DNA of 14,325 nucleotides from Octopus sinensis (taxonomy: Eukaryota): assembly GCF_006345805.1 (NCBI RefSeq), contig NW_021825848.1, positions 1 to 14,325 on the forward strand, written 5' to 3'. Shown piece after piece: positions 8,371 to 14,325 of the stretch (the stretch's first letter is position 1; each line of letters begins with the position of its first letter). A program made the position numbers and the translations under genes. The notes beneath the pieces were generated by a model. That model was not told where the DNA came from, searched no databases, and was given only the letters and a program-made list of their open reading frames with translations.

Positions 8371-8574
8371 GTTGTGTCTGGGGAGAGTCATTTTCTATTT
8401 GTGCCTTATAATATAACACACTCACCGGTAAAATTTCCACTTATTTCTTATTTTCGTTTTCCTAAAATTTTTGTTGCGTCTTGCAACCTTTTCAATAGTT
8501 TTAAGTGGAAATTTTACTGGTGAGTGTGTTAAATTATAAAGCACAAAAAGAAAATGACTCTCCCCAGACGCAAC
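8371..8574. mobile_element. Fold-back MITE with ~73-bp terminal inverted repeats
   Basis: GTTGTGTCTGGGGAGAGTCATTTTC...AAAATTTCCACTTA (8371-8443) pairs with TAAGTGGAAATTTT...GAAAATGACTCTCCCCAGACGCAAC (8502-8574). The ORF track shows the same peptide (SGESHFLFV.YN.THSPVKFPL) on both strands. Confidence 0.9.
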
Positions 8575-8629
8575 AGTATATGCTTCAACACACAAACTCA
8601 TATAAAGAATCTTGCAAACCAAATCTGAA

Positions 8630-8664
<35 letters not shown>

Positions 8665-8779
8665 TGATACCCCATCAGTTAAAATGATGCAGTACTCTTC
8701 TATATGTAGTCTACATCAATAACTTATATTAACATAATTATAAATGTACAGAGATGGAAAATTAATTTTTTTTTATCTC

Positions 8780-8834
8780 TACAATAACATGAACAGTGCA
8801 GATTTCAGCGATTATTTTGAGGATACATATATAT

Positions 8835-8878
<44 letters not shown>

Positions 8879-9250
8879 CAATCATTGCTTTTATGTTAAA
8901 TTGTCATATGTCTAAATTTGGCTAAATTCATTTTTTCTGAATATTTCATTTTGCTTCCAATAGCCAGTTCTTTTGGTAAAACTATCGTATCTCCAGCTGC
9001 TTCAGATGCCAAGATACGAAAATTGTCAAAGTGTAGTACAACAGTTCAGCATTTTTCAATAGTATAATAAGCCCCACATACGACAGTTTTGTAAGAATAT
9101 TTCTAACTGAAAATATCATACATGCATGGAGTTACGATTTTATGCACCCAACAAAGAATTATTGTTAAGCTGAAACTGTTGATAACGTAAAAAGAAATGG
9201 AATGGTGAAACTATTTTTTCATTTCCTGAAAAAGCAACGTTTTGGACTTA
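8780..9250. repeat. Possible DNA-transposon remnant interrupted by (CA)n(TA)n at ~8825-8878
   Basis: Resemblance to a recalled repeat. Internal inverted motif CGTATCT (8986) / AGATACG (9012). No termini or ORF identified. Confidence 0.25.
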
Positions 9251-9275
9251 TGACACTTTCATGATATATATGTAT

Positions 9276-9562
9276 GCCCAGTGGTTAGGGCAGTGGACTT
9301 GCAGTCGTAGGATCGCGGTTTCGATTCCCAGACCGAGCATTGTGAGTGAGCGAAAACACCTAAAGCTCCACGAGGCTCAGGCAGGGGGTGGTGATCCCTG
9401 CTGTACTCTTTCACCACAACTTTCTCTCACTCTTACTTCCTGTTTCTGTTGTACCTGTATTTCAAAGGGCCGGCCTTGTCACACTCTGTGTCACGCTGAA
9501 TCTCCCCAAGAACTATGTTAAGGGTACACGTGTCTGTGGAGTGCTCAGCCACTTGCACATTA
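9276..9562 (+). mobile_element. tRNA-headed SINE, family-C-related
   Basis: CAGTGGTTAGGG (compare 5239), B-box-like GGTTTCGATTCC, body GTACCTGTATTTCAAAGGGCCGGCCTTGTCACAC shared with the 5232 copy. Confidence 0.8.
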
Positions 9563-9762
9563 ATAAATGAGTTGCGACATCACTAGTGCCAAGCTGCATC
9601 GGCCCCTTTGCCTTCCCCTTGGATAACACTGGTGGTGTGGAGAGGAGAGGCTGGTATGTATGGGCGACTGCTGGTCTTCCATAAACAACATTGCCCAGAC
9701 TTGTACCTCGGAGGGTAACTTTCTAGGTGCAATTCCATGGTCATTCATGACCGAAGGAGGTC
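9563..9762 (+). mobile_element. Probable 3' portion of a second SINE subfamily fused to the preceding copy
   Basis: Starts AATAAATGAG, like AAAAATGAATAG in the 5232 copy, then diverges. Ends with the hairpin GGTCATTCATGACC. Family assignment is from recall. Confidence 0.5.
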
Positions 9763-9771
9763 ACAATCACA

Positions 9772-9802
<31 letters not shown>

Positions 9803-9803
<1 letters not shown>

Positions 9804-10200
9804 CTCTTTTAATTTGTTTCAGTCATTTGACTGAGGCCATGCTGGAGCACCGCCTTTAGTCGAGCAAATCGACCCCAGGACTTATTCTTTGTAAGCCTAG
9901 TAATTAATCTATCGCTCTCTTTTGCCGAACCGCTAAGTTACAGGGACGTAAACACACCGGCATCGCTTGTCAATCGATGTTGGGAGAACAAACACAGACA
10001 CATAAACATATATACACACATAATTATATATATACGACAGGCTTCTTTCAGTTTCCGTCTACCAAATCCACTCACAAGGCTTTGGTCGGCCCGAGGTTAT
10101 AGTAGAAGACACTTGCCCAAGGAGCCACGCAGAGGGACTGAACTCGGAACTATGTGGTTCGTAAGCAAGCTACTTACCACACAGCCACTCCTATGCCTAT
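9803..10200 (-). mobile_element. SINE family A, full length
   Basis: Colinear with 5487-5909 and 6858-7270. Confidence 0.95.
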
Positions 10201-10224
10201 AGTAAAACTGATAGAAAGAGTTCT

Positions 10225-10391
10225 AGTGAATTTGCTGTGGGAAGTGAAAAAATCCAGTTTCTTCCGGGAACAGTTCACAGGAGAGAAGTTAATGAGAGAC
10301 TGCAGAATTTTACCTTTTCCTGTCAATTGTTACCTGAAGAGGGAATCTGTCTGAAACGTTGGATTTTCCATTCCCCACGACAAGTTCATTG
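10225..10391. repeat. Imperfect inverted repeat (~63/78-bp arms, ~25-bp loop) containing a hammerhead-like core
   Basis: AGTGAATTTGCTGTGGGAAGTGAAAAAATCCAGTTTC vs reverse complement of 10353-10391. CTTCCGGGAACAGTTCACAGGAGAG vs reverse complement of 10314-10339. Confidence 0.75.
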
Positions 10392-11284
10392 TGTTTTTTT
10401 TTTTTTTTTTTTTATCGATTCTACTAAATAATACGAGTCTTTCCAACATAGTCCAACACCAGTCACTTATGTTGCATGTATATCTGTTTGATTCTAATAC
10501 AGATATGGTGGTTGGCTGGTGAGATACAATAGCATGTATGTATATATATATATTGGTAAAATCTACACCAGTCAGTTACATCTTGCCATCTATATCCGAT
10601 TGAAGGCCAGACAGCTAAGGTACTTATGTAATGTAATATATCGCAAGATGAGGTGGTTTAGAGAGAATTGTCAGAATAACCTTGTTCAACAGGTTCACAC
10701 AATCTACCTAAAACTTATTCACCTTTAGCATTTTTGTCTCTCCTTTGTATTTTTTTTTTCTTTTTCTTTTTGTGGTTTTGATTAACACCCTCGAAACAAC
10801 CCACCTTCTTTTTCCTATCAGCATCTTAGCAAAAAAAAAAACAAAAAAAAACAAACAGAAACAAAACAAAAAGAAGTATCTTCTTGTAAGAAGACATGCT
10901 TCAGTACCATACAAATGTGTTTTTTGTTTTGTATTTGGTGGTTGTTATTGTGTGTGTGTGTGTGTGTGTTCCAAAACCACAGACAGGCACGTAAATTAGT
11001 GGTTCTCTAAATATAGTAAGATGTTGCTTGCAATGTACATTCTCACACAAACACGCATTCACTCACTCACTCACTCCCTCTCTCGGATGCACACGCACAC
11101 TCAGGTGTGCACACACACACACACACACAATTGGTCGAACATTATGATGATTTTTTTTTGTCTCCGTGTATGATTGTGATTTATTTTTGCTTTTTTTTTA
11201 TTTTCTATGCCACCCAATTATGGAACAATAAGAAAAGAAGAATTCATGTTCTTGGTATATATTTTCATCATATGCACTCACAGA

Positions 11285-11577
11285 AACGTGCATAGACACA
11301 CACACACACATGCACACAGACATGTGTGTATACATATATATATATATATATATACACACACAGACACACACACACATGTACATACATATATATATATATA
11401 GTATATATATATACACATACACACACACATACATATATATATATATGTATATATATACACATACACACACATACACACACATACATATATATATACACAC
11501 ATATACACATGCATATAGACATATATATACATACATATACATATGCATATATATACATACACACACATATATACACG

Positions 11578-11611
<34 letters not shown>

Positions 11612-11745
11612 GATATACAAACACACATATATAATATACACACATCTGCTTATTTACACACACACTTGTATGCATACATGTGTGTATAAATATAAATGTA
11701 CGCATATATAGGCATGAAAGATTTGCGCACAAAAAAAATATATAC
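11285..11745. repeat. Long compound (CA)n/(TA)n microsatellite
   Basis: Direct reading; it generates the many Y/I/H/T/V/C-rich ORFs on both strands. Confidence 0.97.
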
Positions 11746-12360
11746 ATATATACTCATGTTTGTCTGCCTGCTAGTGTGCGTGTGTTACATACAAACACAC
11801 CACATGCAAAATACTCATATATCCAACTATATTAAGTATAGACACCACTGTCTCCCTTTATTATTATCATTATCATTATTATTGTTATCATGATCATTAT
11901 TATTACTGTGCAATATACTGGAATCTGACCTTTTGTATACGGAGAGTGAGAAAGATTTTCTGCACTCATTATGCTGCATTACTCAATTGTTTCCAACCAT
12001 TCTTCATAAATACAAGTCTTTTGCTGCTTACATGGAAAGGAGAAAAAAAAAAGAAAAGACACGGAAGAAAAAACCCCACACTCGGTAAAGGCGGTGGTTA
12101 CAGAGCAAAGAAGATAGAAGACACACAGAACAGAATGTGTAATAATGTAACAAAAAAATATTAAAAAATGACGACGATGATGATGATGATATAGTATGTA
12201 GTATATAAAGGTCCTACAAAAGAACCAAAGAATGAAAAAAAAAAAAAAACAGAGAAAAATACATAATTCTTTGATGATATTCTCCAATGATTATATATTC
12301 TTTCTGGCATGTAATCTCAGAAAGAACACACATACATACATGCATAGTTCATACATACAT

Positions 12361-12441
12361 ATGTGTGTGTGTGTGTGTGTGTGTGTATACATGTGTATGT
12401 GTGTGTGTGTGCATGCATATATATATATATATATATATATA
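12361..12441. repeat. (TG)n(TA)n microsatellite
   Basis: Direct reading. Confidence 0.95.
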
Positions 12442-12538
12442 AATATATAAACTTTATGAAGGATATTTTAAGACCTTACCCCATGCACAAAAAAAACAAA
12501 ATTATTGCAGTTGTTATTCTTTTGGTACTGTTATTTTC

Positions 12539-12547
12539 ATCTCTCTC

Positions 12548-12590
<43 letters not shown>

Positions 12591-12600
12591 TCCCTCCTCT
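12539..12600. repeat. (CT)n pyrimidine tract
   Basis: Direct reading. Confidence 0.95.
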
Positions 12601-12924
12601 GTATTTCAGGATGTGTGAATTAACCATTGTGTTTAAGAAAGGAATAACAAGCTTCCTGGTTCATCGGCAGATAATTTTTTTTCTATCACACGCACGCACA
12701 CACATTTGCACACATAAACAATCTTTTACTGGCCTCACTCATTGGACTGCAGCCATAATTTAGTTTATTATATTGACCATTGTACTTATTTCTGTCTGCT
12801 ACTTATTTCATTGATCTCTCATTATCAATTTTTTTTTGTTTTGCCTTTGTTTCTTCCAGTGCAAATGGACTTAACTTCCTGTCTCTCTACATTTGCTTAT
12901 ATATATCTCTTTTACATGTTTCAG

Positions 12925-13102
12925 TCCCTATTTTTTATGATTTTTTGACTGCTGTATCGCCATTTTTCGATGTATTTCAACCCGAAAAATGTTCACTTAA
13001 AGAGAATAACAAGCTACATAATGCAAAATTTTTACTTTTCAAAAATTCCAATTCTAAAAGGGGGTCAAAACAAGCCCGAGCAACGTCGGGTGATACTGCT
13101 AG
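12925..13102 (+). mobile_element. Helitron 3' end (second subfamily; 5' boundary uncertain)
   Basis: Hairpin CCCGAGCAACGTCGGG (13075-13090), then GATACTGCTAG|T; 25/29 identical to 5046-5074. Upstream sequence does not align with the first Helitron. Confidence 0.8.
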
Positions 13103-13123
13103 TAATTGATATTATTATAATAG

Positions 13124-13180
13124 TGTGGATGTGGTAGATGGAAACTGTGTGGTTGCCTATTGTGCACACACACACACACA
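13124..13180 (+). mobile_element. Short degenerate family-A SINE fragment
   Basis: GTGGATGTGGTAGATGGAAACTG vs family GTGGATTTGGTAGACGGAAACTG. Confidence 0.5.
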
Positions 13181-13221
13181 GGTGCATTTTATGGCTACCA
13201 GTACTACCCAGTGCTCTACAG

Positions 13222-13440
13222 CAGTGGTTTTCAACCAGGGTTACTCGGAACCTTAGGGTTCCACCAGTACAGTCCAGGGTTTCCGCAAGAAGTTACAAAA
13301 CTGCTAAAATCGGCAGTAATTTTAAATTCTCCTGTGCAGATATGTGTGCATAAGACTATTAAATTATTGCACAGGGGTTCCTCGAGCCAGTGGAATGTTT
13401 CCTTGGGGTTCCGCTCCAGCAAAAAGTTTGAAAAGCACTG
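13222..13440. mobile_element. hAT (Charlie-like) MITE, 219 bp, 8-bp TSD
   Basis: TIRs CAGTGGTTTTCAACC / GTTTGAAAAGCACTG, with perfect TSD CTCTACAG at 13214-13221 and 13441-13448. An 8-bp TSD, CAGTG termini and an NTCTANAN-like target are typical of Charlie-group hAT elements. Confidence 0.93.
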
Positions 13441-13867
13441 CTCTACAGACTGAGGTTAGGGTAGGAACAACTGCGAGACGATCTGGTTTCTAACAGCAGA
13501 ATCCAGCCACCACTTAAAGAAGCCTACATTAGCTCATGAGGGTGTTTTAGTCAAGGACAGCAGTTCAAACCCATGAAGTGGCATGTAGATGGAGGTTAGG
13601 TTAGGCTAAGCTGGGCAAGCCTAAGTCAGGAATCAGATGGTCACATTAAAACCACCACTGCACTCTGCTACTACATCTCACTATTTATGGTAAGGAAGAA
13701 AAGGAAAGAAGGAGAAGTGTAAGGGAGGAAGGGAGGGGAGATGGGGTGGGTGTAAGACTCTCGTTACACTGAACTTAAGAATGAGAGGAAATGAGGTGAG
13801 ATTGATGAATGTGGGAATATGATCCTCAAAGACAAATATGGATGGACAAAAGTGGACAGGTCGGACT

Positions 13868-13990
13868 TCATTAGTATTATTATTATTTTTACTTTGTATC
13901 AATATTATTATCATTAATGTTATTATTATTGTTATTATTGTTATTAGCATCGTAATTATCTTTATCATCATCATCATTATCTTCATCATT
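13868..13990. repeat. Degenerate (TAT)/(CAT) trinucleotide repeat
   Basis: Direct reading; source of the Ile/Met/Asp/Asn-rich ORFs. Confidence 0.92.
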
Positions 13991-14325
13991 GAGCAGTGGG
14001 TTTGTGCAAATGAAATTGGTGGCGAAAACTGGTGTGTGGTCGTGTGAGCGAGGGAAAAGGTGAAGTGAACATTTGCAAATCATACAATATCAAAAGCTGA
14101 GCAAATAAAATTTGCCACGTCAACTGGAGAAATATTGTAGAGCTATTTAAAACGAAGATGGATATTAACAGGGAATCTTATCTAATTAAAAGCTGGATTA
14201 AATGAAACGAAACGAAGTGGAAGGAAATGAAAGCTGCCTTCAGTGAATCATAATGAACAAGACGAATAGATGAGTATGGATAGATAATCTGGCTATTGAT
14301 TTTGATAGATAGATTAATTTTGATA

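Noticed and set aside
10578-10588. 11-nt match to the 5' end of the miR-31 family (TGGCAAGATGT on the minus strand)
   Set aside because: The rest of the mature sequence does not match, and a match this short is plausible by chance across many miRNA families.
11198-11747. Overlapping 95-159-aa ORFs on both strands
   Set aside because: They are translations of a (CA)/(TA) microsatellite.
13452-13605. GAGGTTAGGGTAGG / GAGGTTAGGTTAGG, telomere-like
   Set aside because: Only two short units each; too little for an interstitial telomere or a defined element.
13681-14083. Ile/Met-rich, apparently hydrophobic ORFs
   Set aside because: They derive from the (TAT)/(CAT) repeat.

Overview
AT-rich, repeat-dense eukaryotic non-coding DNA (intergenic or intronic). 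It is most likely from an octopus: the tRNA-headed SINEs match my recollection of the abundant Octopus SINE families, which I could not confirm by database search. I can support no protein-coding gene, RNA gene, CRISPR array or prokaryotic feature. The ORFs in the supplied track are explained by microsatellites and repeats or show no recognisable protein. The window contains about 16 copies or fragments from at least four SINE-like families (labelled A-D here), two Helitron-type ends, a mariner-type MITE, a Charlie-type hAT MITE with an 8-bp target-site duplication (TSD), a fold-back MITE and many simple repeats. The features not explained by this catalogue are: (1) a spacerless ~450-bp palindrome of two SINE 5' halves fused at CTAG (6095-6540); (2) a highly decayed ~135-bp tandem array under the SINEs at ~820-3120; (3) a ~170-bp imperfect hairpin carrying a degenerate minimal hammerhead-ribozyme-like core (10225-10391); and (4) a neighbouring direct/inverted/direct repeat triplet (10456-10603). 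I see no convincing evidence of a new gene-based system.
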